Shown here: one piece after another, positions 24,776 through 38,140 of the stretch | How the letters are laid out: every line of letters begins with the position of its first letter | Numbering within the stretch: position 1 is the first letter of the stretch | Source of the DNA: Eledone cirrhosa | Lineage: Eukaryota | Direction: 5' to 3' | Assembly: GCA_964016885.1 (NCBI GenBank) | Contig: OZ024743.1 | Coordinates: 169,570,001 to 169,634,000, forward strand | Length of the DNA stretch: 64,000 nucleotides | Program-made: the position numbers and the translations under genes | Notes under the pieces: generated by a model | Told to the model about the DNA's origin: nothing | Database searches by the model: none | What the model saw: only the letters and a program-made list of their open reading frames with translations

Positions 24776-25822
24776 ATTCTTTGTGGCTTTAATTGCAGTA
24801 TTGCCATCATTTTCAAAATGTATTCCCAATTCTTCTACAGACTTCCTATTTTCCTTTGTGACTGAATGTAACCTCTTCTTCTACTGTGATCTGCAACTAT
24901 TTTTATTATCTAGTCATCTGTGGTCGATATCTTGTATGATAGCTTTGAGCTAGATCATTCCTCTACCTCCATTTGTCTAGGGAGATAGAGGCAATCCACG
25001 TCTGCTTTTGGGGGATGTAATCCATTACAGGTAAAAAGTTTCATGATTTTGCTGTCCATTAATTTCCTTCATGTTCCAAATTATCATATTGAAATTGTAG
25101 GTGACAACTGGGATTGCAAGCACATTTATGGCAGATAATTTATTTCTTAAGCTCATTTTTCAAGACAGCAAGTACTCTCCAGTAGCATTCCTTCATGATT
25201 CTCTCTTCCATGCTGATGGGGGGAATACCTTGGTCTATATTGATCCCTAGATATCTGTAGGCGTGTTCTTGTTCTAGTTTCCTAATTACTGTATTCACAT
25301 CTATTTCCATTGTGTTTGTGCTTGTTATTTTGCCTTTCTTGGATGTTGCTTTAGCACATTTTTCCAATCCAAATTCCATCCCTAAATCATTGCTGAACAC
25401 ATTAACTGTCTTCAGCATTCCTTCCAATTTTTTTATCATTATTGTTTCTTGATTCAGCTTCTAACACTGGAGATGTATTAGAGTTTTAGCTTTTCGCTAC
25501 CAGTGAACTGGGGTAACACCCCTCATTTTTCAAGTATCCTCCAGAGTATTCGAGCTGTTCCAAGTAATACTGTTTTTTGTAAGTGTTCCATCTGTATTGA
25601 AATTCCTATTTGTTTAATGTACTTCTCAAGATCTTTACTCAATGTTCCCAAGACTCCAACTATTATTGGTATTACCACCACCTTTTTCAGTGACCACAAT
25701 GCTTAACCTCCCAAGCTAACCTGTCATATCTATCAATTATTTTCCTTCTTTACCACATTCCTTGTTATCAGCTGGACAGGCTATATCTATGCTCTAACAC
25801 AGTTTGCTTTCTTTCTCAATGC
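24776..25822 (-). mobile_element. Two R4/Dong-like fragments (RT C-terminal part; RLE 3' end)
   Basis: ORF 25140-25439 has FSNDLGMEFGLEKCAK..YRYLG. 25440-25822 reads IDIACP..VIPIIVGVLG..QKTVLLGTARILWRIL. Confidence 0.8.
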
Positions 25823-26142
25823 CATAAGGTTTCTCTATTCACACAAATTTTACGCTTATCACTTTTTGCTGTGTGATCTACTCAATGCTTGATGTAGTTA
25901 GTTCTTAGTTTTTGTTCTTGAGCAATACAGATTAAACAGGTTTGTTAATTCAAGTGTTTATGATACCTTTACTTGTGTACAGATTGTTGTGAAAATTTGC
26001 AGTAAACTAAAGACTTTCATTTTTAATGTGATGCAGTCTGTTTAATTTTTAATGTGATGCAGTACTGTTTTATACTTTTCAAGAATGTCTTGCCATTGTG
26101 GTTTGATGCAGCATGGGTTGTTATGAGTTAAAATAATAACCA

Positions 26143-26400
26143 TAATAATAATTCTTTTTTTTCATTAGCCACAAGGACTCACACATACAATACAATTAAA
26201 GTTAAAAACATGACTTACAATATATGTGGGAAAAGTTATATAAAATTGGGTGGAATGATGCCTTCCTTCAGCAAGAACCATGTAGATTGCTACCCCCTCA
26301 CCCACCCACCCATCTTACACCCTCATTCCTATCACTGCCTATTAGAGGGAGGGATAAGAATAGAAAAAAAGGAATATAAATATATATACTGGAAATAAAC
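26143..26400 (-). mobile_element. Isolated Tx1-type 3' tail
   Basis: Minus strand reads CCTTGTGGCTAATGAAAAAAAAGAATTATTATT, like the Tx1 end at 38065-38100. Confidence 0.5.
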
Positions 26401-26627
26401 ATGTAACAAATGTTATGATATATTAGGTAAAAAAAAAAAATTAAATATAAAATAGTCCTCCTTTCCAAAAATGTAAGGATTAATATTATATAGGACTGGT
26501 TCTTCTACAAAAAAATCTGTGACAGATATCTGATGTATTTAGCAGGCAATGAAATAATGTTTCCTTAGACAAGACAGACAAACCAGATTATCTTCATGTA
26601 TTTTTAAGTAAAGAGACCATGTTTTTG

Positions 26628-26648
26628 TCTCTTCTTCCCCTATTTCTT

Positions 26649-26708
<60 letters not shown>
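26628..26708. repeat. Compound (TTC)n(TTA)n microsatellite; target/tail of the R4/Dong element
   Basis: Seen directly. Confidence 0.95.
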
Positions 26709-26710
<2 letters not shown>

Positions 26711-29700
26711 AGTTGCATTTATCTTGCTTTATGTTCATACAAGTTATCACCAAGTCACAACCAGTGACCTCAAGAGACAACAAGGTCCGCCATGTTCAAG
26801 AAAGAACATACATATTCACACATGCATCTTTAGTGTTTAGACTTGTGATGTACTTATATTGACAGAATCTTCCGTAGTATGTGGGCAGTTCCCATTAGTA
26901 CTATCTTTTGTATTTCTCCTATACGCGGGTTTCCTGGGATTTGCGATAAGTAATCATTAAACCCCTTAGGTATCATTCCCAGAGCGCCTACAACCACTGG
27001 TATTGTTTTAGTTCTCAATTTCCACATTTTTCCAATTTCTATCTCCAGGTCCTTATACTTGCTCAATTTTTCAAATGTTTTTATAGATACATTCTTGTCT
27101 ATTGGAACAGACATATCAATTAGCAGGCATACCCTCTTTTGAAAGTCTTTCAATATTATATCAGGTCTGTTTGCATCTATTTTTCGGTCTGTTTGGATGC
27201 TAAAGTTCCACAAGATTGAGATGTGATCTTTTTCAAGTATGGGAGGTGGTTGATGCTCCCACCAATTCTTTTGATGGGGCAGGTCAAAATGCTTACACAT
27301 TATCCAATGTATGTATTGTGCAGCTCTGTCATGCCTGTTTAGGTATTCGGTTGGAGCTATAGGAATGCACATTGAAATTATATGATCAATGGTCTCTGGT
27401 TGTTTTTTACATACACTGCATAATGGGTTGCATCCATTTTTTATTATGTTGGCTTGGTAATTTTTTGTTGGCAGACACTGATCTTGTGCTGATATAATCA
27501 GTCCTTCAGTCTCTGATTTCAGTCCAGAGGATGCCAACCACTGATGGGTTAAAGTTTTGTCAACATCAGGATTGTTAGCTCTTTCTGGGTATTTTCAATA
27601 CAGAGGCTTTTCTTGCCCTTTCTTAGCCAGTTTCTGTAGCAGTTCTTTCTTTGCAGTTACCTTTACCTGCTTTGCTTTTTCTGTGTTTTTAATTTCAGCA
27701 GTAAATGGAACTTCTGAAATTTGTAGTCCATTACTGTATCTTTGTGATCTTTTGTAATGGAGTATGATCTTTTGATGCTTTGGTGTTTCAAAACGAGTTT
27801 GATCATCCAATCATGTGATTCCCTTAGATATGTAGATAATCCAATTGTTGCAGTTTTCAACGCAATATCTAACTGGATTAACCCACGTCCTCCTTCTTTC
27901 CTAGGGAGATATATTCTATCTATATCTGCCTTAGGGTAATGCATTCTGTGCATGGTTAAGAATTTTCTAATTTTTGTATCGAGCCTACGGATCTCTGTGC
28001 TTGACCAGTTGATGACATTGTAACTGTAGGTTACTACTGGTATGGCAAGCGTGTTTATGGCATCAATCCTATTCCTTGCATTCAATTCCGTTCTTAAGAT
28101 TGCTCTTACTCTGCGGTTACATTCCTTCCTTATCCTTTCCCTCATTTTCAAGTGCTTGATTCTGTCTCCTTTACAAACACCTAAATATTTGTAAGTTTCC
28201 TCTTGATCAAGTTCTCTTATCACATTCCCCCGAGCAAGATTAATCTCTGAACTTTTCAGCAGCTTTCCTCTTGCGAACGTTGCTTTGCCGCATTTATCTA
28301 GTCCAAACTCTATTATAATGTCATCACTGAACTTCTTCACAGTGGATAATAGCCCTTGCAATTGTTCATCCTTTTTTGCAAATAGTTTCAGGTCACCCAT
28401 GTAGAACAAGTGATTAATGGTTTTGTCATAGACTTTATACCCATGTTTTGTTTCATTGAGCATTTTACTTAATGGTATAAGTGCTATGCAGAATAAAAAC
28501 GGTGATAAAGAGTCACCCTGAAAAATTCCACAATTAATATTAACTTCTCCAGCTTCCAGTGATTTTTTTCATTATTCAAAAGGAGTGTCGTTTTCCATGT
28601 CTTCATACTGAATGACAAGAACCTCCTGACTACGGGAGATATTTTGAAAATCTCTAAACATTTTTCAATCCAACTGTGGTAAACTATCGAATGCTTTTTT
28701 ATAATCTATCCAAGCAATTGATAGATTTTTATGTCTATTATGACAATCTTCTAGTATCATTTTGTTAAAAAAAAGCTGATCTTTACAGCCAAATGAGCCT
28801 CGTTTACACCCTTTCTGCTCATTGGGAAATAGATCATTTGTTATCAGGTGGTCATATGTATATTCAGTTAGGACTGATGTTAAAATTTTATACATTGTGG
28901 TCAAGCAAGTTATCGGTCTGTAATTTTTGGGATTGTTTGTCTCATCATTCTTCGGAAGTGGAATGTAATGCCGTTAACTAGCCATGATTGTATCTTTTCT
29001 GGCTCTTTATCTATTTCATTGTAAAGTTGGGCTAACAGCTCATGAGACTCTGTGAAGGCATTTATCCAAAAATTTGGTATTTTGTCTTTTCCTGGGGATT
29101 TCCATTTGCTGGTTTTTCTAAGAGCCAAATGCAACTGTTCAACTGTTATATTATCCCATGTTTGTTCCTCAAGATGAGCTGTATCTTTCATTTGTCTGTC
29201 TATCCATGGGGCATGTATATTATGAACTTTTTCTTCGGCCCAGGTCTTTTCCCAGAATTCTTGCACTTCCTGCTTGGTTGGTATTGATTTAGCAGTTATT
29301 GTTGACTTGCCAATTTTTCTGTAGAAGTTTCTTTGGTTGTTTTTGAACATATTATTGTCCTTATAGAATCTAGATCGTTTTTCAAAGCACCTTATCCGAG
29401 CAGCTTTGGCCAACACTTTTTGCTTGATTATTTCTATCAGCATGTCTATGTCACTTGTTGATTTAATACTGTATATTCTTTACAATTTTCTAAGTTTAGT
29501 TTGTTTAACATGTTCACCTACTTTGCTGTTTGTTAAAATTTCTATGTCAGATCGGAGAAGGTTTATTTGGCGATTGATGTTCTCTTGCCAAGTAGATTTT
29601 TTGTGGGAATTCCTTTGTCTTTTCATTTTCACTCCACATAAGTGTGTGGTAACTTTAGCCGATGCAGAATAGAGATGTTTTAGATCAGTAATGTTTAGTT

Positions 29701-31627
29701 TGTTTGTGATGATAATGTTTTTGAGAATTATGTTAGTCTTGTGTATTATCTTTTGGTTCTGTTTGGAGTTCTGGATCTTAGGGAGGGTGTCTCGTTCCCC
29801 ATGTCAGATTCTTTCATTTTCATCCATTCGATCATAATTTCATCCTTCAAGTTGTCAAGTTCATTCTCATTCATTTCTTTATCATTTATGATCTCATTGT
29901 TTTCATTTTGAGTTTCATCTTGAGCATACACTCCCTCCACTTTTTCGATCCTTTCTTTAATTTGTTCTGCTGTCAGTGATTTCGGCCCAACCCTGGGATT
30001 CGACGTGTTACAATTTACCTCGTTTTCAATGACACATGTTTCATTTTCTCTTCGCTGACTTTGTCAGCTTGATCTGATCAATTTCTATATCAAGTAGTAA
30101 CTTTTTTTTAACAATATTTCTTCGTATATTGGCTAGTTTGTTACTGTCAATATAGCCCCTGTTTACGGGATGTTTCTTTTTCCAGTTGATATATGTCAGT
30201 TCTGTATTCGATCCATTTGATGGTTAGCACATGGCAGTGTAGAAAGCCTCAAGGACTTCTTTATTGTCTTCCCTTGAACATTTTTCTCTCTTTTTCTTTG
30301 GATTTCTTGGTGGTGAGCATGGAGGGCCAACAGTAGGAGTATTCCGATTATGGGGGGTCTCCAGCTCCGAAGTGGTGGGAAGGTTTGAACCATTAGCTGA
30401 TTTTTCGACTGCAGTCTTGTTCCTCTCTGAGGGACGTGGCCCTTTTTGACTCGGGTGACGGCCGATCCGGTTTGAGATTTTATCATTTAACATTTACTTT
30501 ATTTTGTCGCGCTTTATCCTTAACCACCAAGGGGTAATCATTTCGTGTTACCACTTATAGGACGAGTGTCCACCAAGACTAGAGGGGACGTCATCCCCTA
30601 GAGACACGGCTATTCCCTGCTGGCTGCCATCCCGGTATTTCCTGGTCACGGGGTTTTCTTTTTTGTTGTTTTTTAAATTGTTATTATCATGAGTGGTTCC
30701 CTAATGTGAGCATTGCGTGGCTTAAGAATGAAATTATTATTAATAATATAATAAACTTTTTGTTGAAGTTGCTTGTTGTTAATGTTGGATATATCGGTGG
30801 TGGTGCTGGGGCTTTTTCTATTGTTGGTGGGGAAGAGGAGAGCCAGCAGTGCCATAGTCGTGGACGTTTGACCGGGTCGCTAAGTCAGTCTATTTATATC
30901 TTTTGCTAGCCTCTCCCTTATCTAGTGATACCGCCACCTTCCTCTTTCTTAAGTTAACAGAAGGTAGTGGGGGAATAATGATGGTAGCAATGAAGGAGTG
31001 GTGGCGGTGGTGACGGGATAGTGGTAGCAATGATGGAGTGGTGGTGGCGGTGACTATAGTTATGGCGTTGTTGTTACTGAGTTCTGTTGAATAGACTGTA
31101 GTAGGATGCGTTTGTTTAATCTGTATATCTATGCGGTTTGTCGCGTATGTTTAATATATGTGTTGAGATATTTCCTTAATATTTGAATTAAACATTTTGA
31201 GAAATCTTGAGATACAATAATAGTAATTATTATTATTATGCTGGGATTGGTGGTGGTGAAATTGCCGTTATCTGGCTGTTGTATTTAGTGTACACAGAGG
31301 GGTGATGGGATAGGTGGTGTATCTAGGTTGTTGTGGTAGTGAAATTGCTGTTATTTGGCTGTTCTATATAGTGTAGACAGAGGGGGTTTTCTTCCATTTA
31401 TAACCATTTTCTTTTTTGAATATAAAATTTATGATACAAAATTAAATATTTCACCGATATAAAAGGATATTATGGGTCTTCATTTCCTGAGAGCTAGCCT
31501 GGTGCTTTATGTCCCATTTGTACTAAGAGTTGTTATATCACAATTGTTTTAAATATGTTAAAAATCAAAAACTTACGGGACCGATTCCATAACACTCTAT
31601 ATACCACGTGCGTCTTCTTCCCTTCCC
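26709..31627 (-). mobile_element. Near full-length R4/Dong LINE family A, including ~1.1 kb 5' leader; ORF broken
   Basis: ORF pieces 30493-26854: KWKSPGKD, WIDYKKAFDS, LFYMGD (YMDD in other copies), YKYLG, GGRGL, CSVC..ETIDHIISMC, RHD, RPD, LIDMSVP, KLSKYKDL. (TAA)n tail on the sense strand. Confidence 0.92.
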
Positions 31628-32793
31628 TTATTATTGTTTTTTGAGTCTCAGTCATTGATTTTAGTTAACTGGAAAGTTTGTTGAAACAAATATCAAGCCA
31701 CTACCTGCACCCTCAGATATTCAGGACGTATCGGAGGGTTCTTGCTGTTCCCAGCAAGCATGCCTTTTGAAGCGTTCCAAAAAGCGTGGCGGGGCCAATT
31801 TTCTTTAACCATCCATGGAAACTTTTGGAGATAGTCCCCAGTGCGCCTATGACAATCGGGACCACTTTGACATCATGGCAGTTCCAAATCCTTTTTACCT
31901 CCCACTTTAAGTCCTGGTATCGGTTAATTTTCTCCCTCTCCTTCTCTTGCACTCTCGTGTCGAATGGGCAGGCCACATCCACAATCAGGCACGATATTTT
32001 TTCCTTGTCCCAAATCACCAGGTCAGGTCTATTGTGTTCCAGTTTCTTGTCCGCCTGTATCCTAAAATCCCACAGCACCTTCACCTGATCGTTTCTATCA
32101 CCGATTCTGGCTTATGCTCATACCACTTCTCAGAATGTGGTAAATTGTTTACTTTGCATAGGTGCCAGTGGCACACCCTGCCCATCATGTCTCCAGCCCT
32201 TATAGTGAGTCTGGGCTAGATGTTTACACTCGGATACAATGTGAGCCACAGCAGTCTCCTCTCTCTCTCCACAGATCCTGCACAGTGGGCTAGCCTCCTC
32301 CTTGTAAATATGGTATTTCAACCACTTCCTTTTGAGGGCCTGCTCTTGCGCAGCCATTAGCATTCCTTCTGTAGCCTTTTTAAGGTCTCCTCTTTTCAAC
32401 CAGTTCCATGTCTGTGGATCTCTGAATTCAGTGTTCTCAAAGAAGGTACTATGAAGGGATTTTTCATGAAGGCTGCTCTTTCTCCTTTTTGTTATTTCCT
32501 CCTTGGACATCCCCTGGTCTATTGTCCTCTCCTTCAGTACAATTCTGAGCATTGGCTCCTTACTATCAGTCACGTATTTGTGTCGGTTAATTTTCTCCAT
32601 CTGAACACAGTCCTCTATGCTGATAAGACCTCTTCGACCTTCAGATCTCCTTAAGTAGAGTCTATCGACATCACTCCTCTTGTGGAACATGTTGTAGATA
32701 TTCAATAGCTTCCTGATCTTCCTATCCATTTCTTTTTGTTCAACAACATTCCATCTCAGAATTCCCGCACTGTACCTAATAATAGACAGAGCT
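31628..32793 (-). mobile_element. R4/Dong family B, 5'-truncated 3' portion
   Basis: ORF 32130-32729 has CRICGEREE..HIVSEC..WRHD; ORF 31713-32084 has RPD..IVDVACP..KINRYQDL. TAA repeats lie at both ends. Confidence 0.92.
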
Positions 32794-32794
32794 C

Positions 32795-32839
<45 letters not shown>
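32795..32839. repeat. (TTA)n separating divergently oriented R4/Dong and Tx1 elements
   Basis: Seen directly. Confidence 0.95.
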
Positions 32840-32841
<2 letters not shown>

Positions 32842-33053
32842 ATTGGCGAACTACGTAGTAAATCGTATCATCGTGAGCTCCGCAAAGGTTTGTTATTTCC
32901 GTTTGTTAAAAATTGCCATTTATGGAAAATTTTATTGTTAACTGTTTATAAGCGCACATACATTGTTTTCCGAAAAGGACATCCAAAAAGATTGCGGCCT
33001 TGTGCCCAAAATTTAAACTTTTATTATTATCAAAAAATTTCTTTGAAAAAAAA

Positions 33054-35013
33054 ATGGCTAATTCACCTCTGCACCAAGCAGCTGAGAGCCTTCCTCACAA
33101 ACTAACACCTCACACCGACACCACCATTGTAAATATTACTACGTTTGCCAACACAAAAAATTTAAGCAGTAGCAATATTTTAAATTTGTCTCAGGCAGAC
33201 ATTCATTTCACGCCATTACCAATGACTGCAGGTGTTAAAGCCGCCACCACCGCGACAACCACCACCCCCACCACCACCGCGACAACAGAAACAAAAGGAA
33301 AAAATAAATCAACTCGTGATGTCGAAATGTTTTCAACCAAAATGGACTCTGCCACACCGAACACCACTGACGTCACCACCACCACAACTGAAACTAAAAT
33401 TAATAATAACAAAAATAACGATAACAACAACAGCAACAATGACATTAAAAAAACCACCCTGTGTTTTGCCAGAGTAGCAAAACAGTGCAAAGCATTTACG
33501 GTAACTCAGGAGGAATTAGAAAATGCCAAAAAAATGGTAAAGAAAGATGGGTGCAGGGTCAGCCTCACCTCCCCCCCCACCCCCTCCCACCTAATAAAAT
33601 GGAGCATCGGCGCCTATGCACCGTGTCGTATCGAACAATTAATGTAAAATCGCGCCGAGTGGAACGGGCATCCGAGTCCCAAATCCAAAATCTTTGGGAC
33701 ATGTGTGGGCAAGAAAAACCCACGTCAGAAGTGGGCAGAAGTATGGAACCGTGGATGTGTTCTTTGAAACACCAGAGGAGGCTAGAGAACACTCCATGGC
33801 CCCATTAAGAAGTGACGACTTCACACTCGTCCCAAGTTATTGTGGCCAGATACTCGTAAAGATCAGGGTGGCCCACGTTCCACCGGCCATCGAAATTCCT
33901 TGGCTAATAGCGGCCGTCCTCGCCGGCATCGAAGCCAACACAAAGCTAATAGCAATAGCAAAAGAAAAGCAGGAGAACTGGTCCGGATCTGGGATGGAGC
34001 TCCTGATCCAAGCGGACCAAAAAAGCATTGAGGAGATCCCAGAGGTAATAGACCTCACTGACGGCAGCCACCTCACCGTAATTGTCGAGGGCAGAAGGCC
34101 TAGGTGTGTCGTTTGTGGTGAAGGAACCCACCTAAGGGCTTTCTGCCCTCAATCTAAAAGGTTGAGGCCACCTCTCCTACCCACCCCAGTGATTCAACCA
34201 TCAACACCACCAGTAGCAGAGATGGCAGCAACAACTTTAGCAGCAACAACAGAAGCAACTATAAAAGCAACAACCCCAGCAACAGTAGCAAAACCAACAC
34301 CACCACCACCCAACGCTTCAGAACTAGCACCAGCGCCTACAACATCCACCACACCACAACCAAAACTAACGCCTGTGGAGGATTTTCCACTCCCCGGCCT
34401 ATCACAACAGGAGACAGATTGTGACGACGAGGAGTGGGAAACGGTATCAGGAAAAAAGAAACAAAAAAAGAAAAATTCTTTTCCTTCCCCCTCCAAAAAC
34501 AAAATACAGAGGGAAACAAATAAATTAACAAACAAAATAGTTAGGACAGATATGCCACCATCCACACCAGCATCATCGACCCCATCAACCCAAACACCAA
34601 CACCATCACCATCATTAACCCCAACACCACCATCACCTACACAACAAAAGTCACCAAAATGCGAAACAGAAACAAACCCACAACAAACGCAAACAAAACA
34701 AAACAACCAAAACGATACACACTACACAGCATTAAATTTGAACAACAAGCAATTATTATACTACATCCAACACAACACCAGCATCACAGAAAAAGACTAC
34801 ACAACAACCCCAAAATTCACACCACCTCCACACATACAAATCACTCGCATCACACAGAAAACGTACATGACACTAAAACAAAAATTCCCCAAAGACATCG
34901 GAGACTTCCGACAAGCACTCTCCAGGAGGATTTATAAGGACATCCTTCCTGAGGAGGCCACAAGCAGTGAAAAGGATGGAAAAACCGTCCTTCCTCTAGG
35001 AGAAGTAAGGTAA
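33054..35013 (+). pseudogene. Tx1-like ORF1 (RRM-like region, CCHC knuckle, Pro/Thr-rich tail); frameshift near the poly-C at ~33570
   Basis: ORFs 33000-33647 and 33694-35013: FARVA, YGTVDVFFETPEEA, VEGRRPRCVVCGEGTHLRAFC (CX2CX4HX4C), WETVSGKKK. Confidence 0.85.
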
Positions 35014-35047
35014 GTGGTCTTTCCCATCTTTTCCACTCCTTTTCAAC

Positions 35048-35510
35048 ATGACCTCACTCAGAATAGGCAGCATAAATGCGCGTGGCTTGGGGTCGTCATG
35101 GAAGCAGGGCCACCTGCTCAACGACCTCAGGTCACTAAACATAGATGTAGTGGCCATCAGCGAGACCAGAATCTCCGAAGCACGGGCCTTCGCACCGATC
35201 TTCGGCAGCTACGATGTGTACGCATCTCCCAGCCGTCCGGGATCGGGGGGAGGAGTTGCTGAGCTTTTGGGGAGAGGTTTGGATCTTGCCATACGGGCCA
35301 TCTTCCTGGACTCTGAAAAGAGCAATTAGAATAGAGACCATTAGGTTTAGTAAGGTTTTAGCAATAGAGAAAAATAGAGCAGAGGGAGAATTAGTTAGAA
35401 AATTAGACGAGGCGCTTAGCAAAGGCATCGCGACTGACGTATTTGCGGCGAAATTAGCCCTTGACCAATTCTTCAATGCAAAGCACTAAGGCTGCGTTGT
35501 CAGAGCTAGG
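35048..35510 (+). pseudogene. Tx1-like ORF2 APE endonuclease, with a ~0.6 kb internal deletion at ~35313
   Basis: MTSLRIGSINARGL..AISETR, then a jump from IFLD to LKRAIRIE. The missing segment is present in copy D (~40555-41130). Confidence 0.85.
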
Positions 35511-37847
35511 GTGCGTGCTCTCAGACACGAGGGGATGAAAGCCGTTCAATGGGCCCGAGTGGCGGAGGCGCGTCGTGGCAACAAAGCCACGATCCGGTCT
35601 TTGTTGGACCACGACGGGCGCATGCTACTCGATCCCGGGAAAATGTTTGAAGCTTTTCAGCGACACTTCGCTCAACTGTTCGGGGGCAGTGGCGAGCCGG
35701 ATCGAGGGATGGACTTTAGTGTCTACCTCGACGGACTGCCGCGGCTTTCGGCCACTGGGGCGGAGTGTTGCGAAAAGCCGATAACAACCGCTGAAGTACG
35801 GGATGCAATGACTGGCTGCACAAGGGGTAAATCGCCTGGTTTGGATGGTCTGCTTTATGAACTTTACGTACAAATGCCAGACTTGTTCGGAGGCCTCTTG
35901 GCGGACGTCTACTGCAACTGGCAACAGAACGGGAGAATTCCCAGCTCTGTGAGCCGAGGAGCGGTGGCGCTGCTGAGAAAGGATCCGAACAAGGGGGATA
36001 ACATAGATAATTTTAGGCCCATAACTCTGCTAAACACAGAGTTCAAGATTTTGGCCAAGGTGCTAGCAAAGAGGTTGGCGCTTGTCGTTGGTGGTCTGGT
36101 GGGAGAGGCACAGACATGCGCCATTCCCGACAGATCCATCCACGACAACCTCCACCTCATGCGATACATCGTAGAGAGGGTAGCTAGGGAACCTGGCACG
36201 GGTGGGTCTTTGATCAATTTAGATCAGTCGAAAGCCTTCGATAGGGTCGACCATCGTTACCTAGCAGCAGTCCTGAGGGCGGCTGGCTTTGGGCCCGTCT
36301 TCAGAGGCTGGATCGCTGCCATGCACAGCGACATCTGCTCTGTAGTGAGAGTGAACGGTCACCTTTCGGAACCGTTCAACATCATGCGCTCGGTCCGCCA
36401 AGGATCTCCACTCTCGTCCCTATTGTACGTATTGACTCTCGAGCCATTACTGCACAAACTGGAGACGTTGAGGGGGGTCCCGCGCGAACTAGGATGCGGA
36501 AGATCCGTGTCAGCATATGCCGACGATGTCACCGTAGTGGTGTCGAACGCCAAACACATCGAGGCGATCGGCACTACACTAAGAGAATACGAAGCGGTGA
36601 CAGGAGCAATGATCAACCAGGAAAAGTCAGTGGGCCTGCAGCTCGGCACCTGGAGAGGCAGGTCCATGCCGTCCAACAGCGTCGTCAGGCGCTGGACGGA
36701 TGGACCGGTTAAATTGCTAGGGGTCTGGTTCGGTCCAGACCTCCAGACGGACAAAAACTGGGACGAGGTGACGAGCAGGGTGGCTTCTCTCACCCAGAAA
36801 TGGGCCGAAAGGAAGCTATCCCTGAAAGGTCGATCGGAAGTGGCTAACGCGTACATCGCGTCCGTCGTACCTTGTCCTAAGCCCCGCCTGACTGCGCTGG
36901 AGCGTTTGCTCTTTCGCTTCTTGTGGAAGGGACGCGCTCCGATGGTCAGGCGGTCCATCTGCTGTCAACACCCGCTACGTGGAGGGCTGGGCATGCTGTG
37001 GCTGATGATGCGCAGACACGCGCTCAGGCTACGACAACTCCACCTCTTCCTCGGCGGTGATCAGGTGTGGTGGCCGTTTGCTAGACACGTTTTTCCCCAG
37101 CTCGTCTCCTTGACGGAGCTGCAGTCCTGTGTCAAGCGAAGACCGAGAGGGAGCTCTTGGAGATTGGAATGTCTTCAGGTGCTCACAGCCCTCGACCAAT
37201 CGGGCAATGTGATCGGTGGAAACTCCACCTTGGCGTTCTATAGGGGATTAGTGGAGGAGAAGAGCGACGACGTACTTGGAGAAACTCTAGGCGTCGACGA
37301 AAATCAACTAGCCAATCTCTTCGGAAGGACTTTCGGGCCGGGGCCTATGGACAACTTCCAGAAATCCCTGGCCTGGCAGTGCTACCGGGGTGCTTTGCCA
37401 GTTCGGGATAAACTTTACAGGCATGGAGGTGCCGTCAGCCGGGCATGTCCGAGATACGCACAGGGCGACGAAACCGTCCTGTACGCACTCGTCCAGTGTC
37501 CGAGCATTGCTGACTTGTGGGTTTATGTCGAACACCTGCTGTCACGTGTAGGACGGATCCGGCTATCACCTGAGTCCATCGTGAGGATTGCCCCGCCCTC
37601 TTCCTTTAGCCGGGAAGGGCAGGCAGTTTTTATCTGTCTGGTGGCCATGGCGAAAGAGATAGTATGGTGGACACGTTTGAAAGGGCTGAAGACGAGCACT
37701 TACCTCTTCGGTGATGCCCTGATTAACTTTTTCATATTTCATCTGAAAAGGAAAATCAGGGTAGAGAGGGAGGTGCTCTCTTCCCAGCATTTTGTTGAAA
37801 GATGGGTGAGAGAAGCAAGTATGGCCCGAATGAGTATGTGTATGTAA
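35511..37847 (+). CDS. Tx1/L1-like ORF2 reverse transcriptase and zf-RVT region (778 aa open frame)
   Basis: KSPGLDG, NFRPITLLN, LDQSKAFDRVDH, VRQGSPLS, AYADD, KLLGV, GGLG, CPRY..DETVLYALVQC. Confidence 0.9.
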   Translation: MRALRHEGMKAVQWARVAEARRGNKATIRSLLDHDGRMLLDPGKMFEAFQRHFAQLFGGSGEPDRGMDFSVYLDGLPRLSATGAECCEKPITTAEVRDAMTGCTRGKSPGLDGLLYELYVQMPDLFGGLLADVYCNWQQNGRIPSSVSRGAVALLRKDPNKGDNIDNFRPITLLNTEFKILAKVLAKRLALVVGGLVGEAQTCAIPDRSIHDNLHLMRYIVERVAREPGTGGSLINLDQSKAFDRVDHRYLAAVLRAAGFGPVFRGWIAAMHSDICSVVRVNGHLSEPFNIMRSVRQGSPLSSLLYVLTLEPLLHKLETLRGVPRELGCGRSVSAYADDVTVVVSNAKHIEAIGTTLREYEAVTGAMINQEKSVGLQLGTWRGRSMPSNSVVRRWTDGPVKLLGVWFGPDLQTDKNWDEVTSRVASLTQKWAERKLSLKGRSEVANAYIASVVPCPKPRLTALERLLFRFLWKGRAPMVRRSICCQHPLRGGLGMLWLMMRRHALRLRQLHLFLGGDQVWWPFARHVFPQLVSLTELQSCVKRRPRGSSWRLECLQVLTALDQSGNVIGGNSTLAFYRGLVEEKSDDVLGETLGVDENQLANLFGRTFGPGPMDNFQKSLAWQCYRGALPVRDKLYRHGGAVSRACPRYAQGDETVLYALVQCPSIADLWVYVEHLLSRVGRIRLSPESIVRIAPPSSFSREGQAVFICLVAMAKEIVWWTRLKGLKTSTYLFGDALINFFIFHLKRKIRVEREVLSSQHFVERWVREASMARMSMCM

Positions 37848-38085
37848 ATTAAAGGTGGAAAACTGGGAGAGGGCACTTGCCCTGGTGGTCAGGGCCACTG
37901 TGGTCTTTTAATGGGCTCCACAAATGTCCCTCGGAAGTCTCCCCCCTATTGGGGAATTTTTCTTTGTTATTTTATTTCATCCTCTGTTTTTTTACACGCA
38001 GAAATGCCCATTTGTACCGTCCTGTATTGTCCTGTACTGTCCTTAATGTCTACTTTATGTAAACCCTTGTGGTTAATAAAGAAAA

Positions 38086-38086
<1 letters not shown>

Positions 38087-38140
<54 letters not shown>
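38087..38140. repeat. (TTA)n between tandem Tx1 copies
   Basis: Seen directly. Confidence 0.95.

Larger units (their letters stand above)
32840..38087 (+). mobile_element. Tx1/L1-like LINE copy C, near full length, bounded by (TTA)n on both sides
   Basis: 5' UTR, ORF1 (ATG 33054), ORF2 (ATG 35048), and a 3' UTR with AATAAA at 38075 followed by (TTA)n. Confidence 0.92.
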
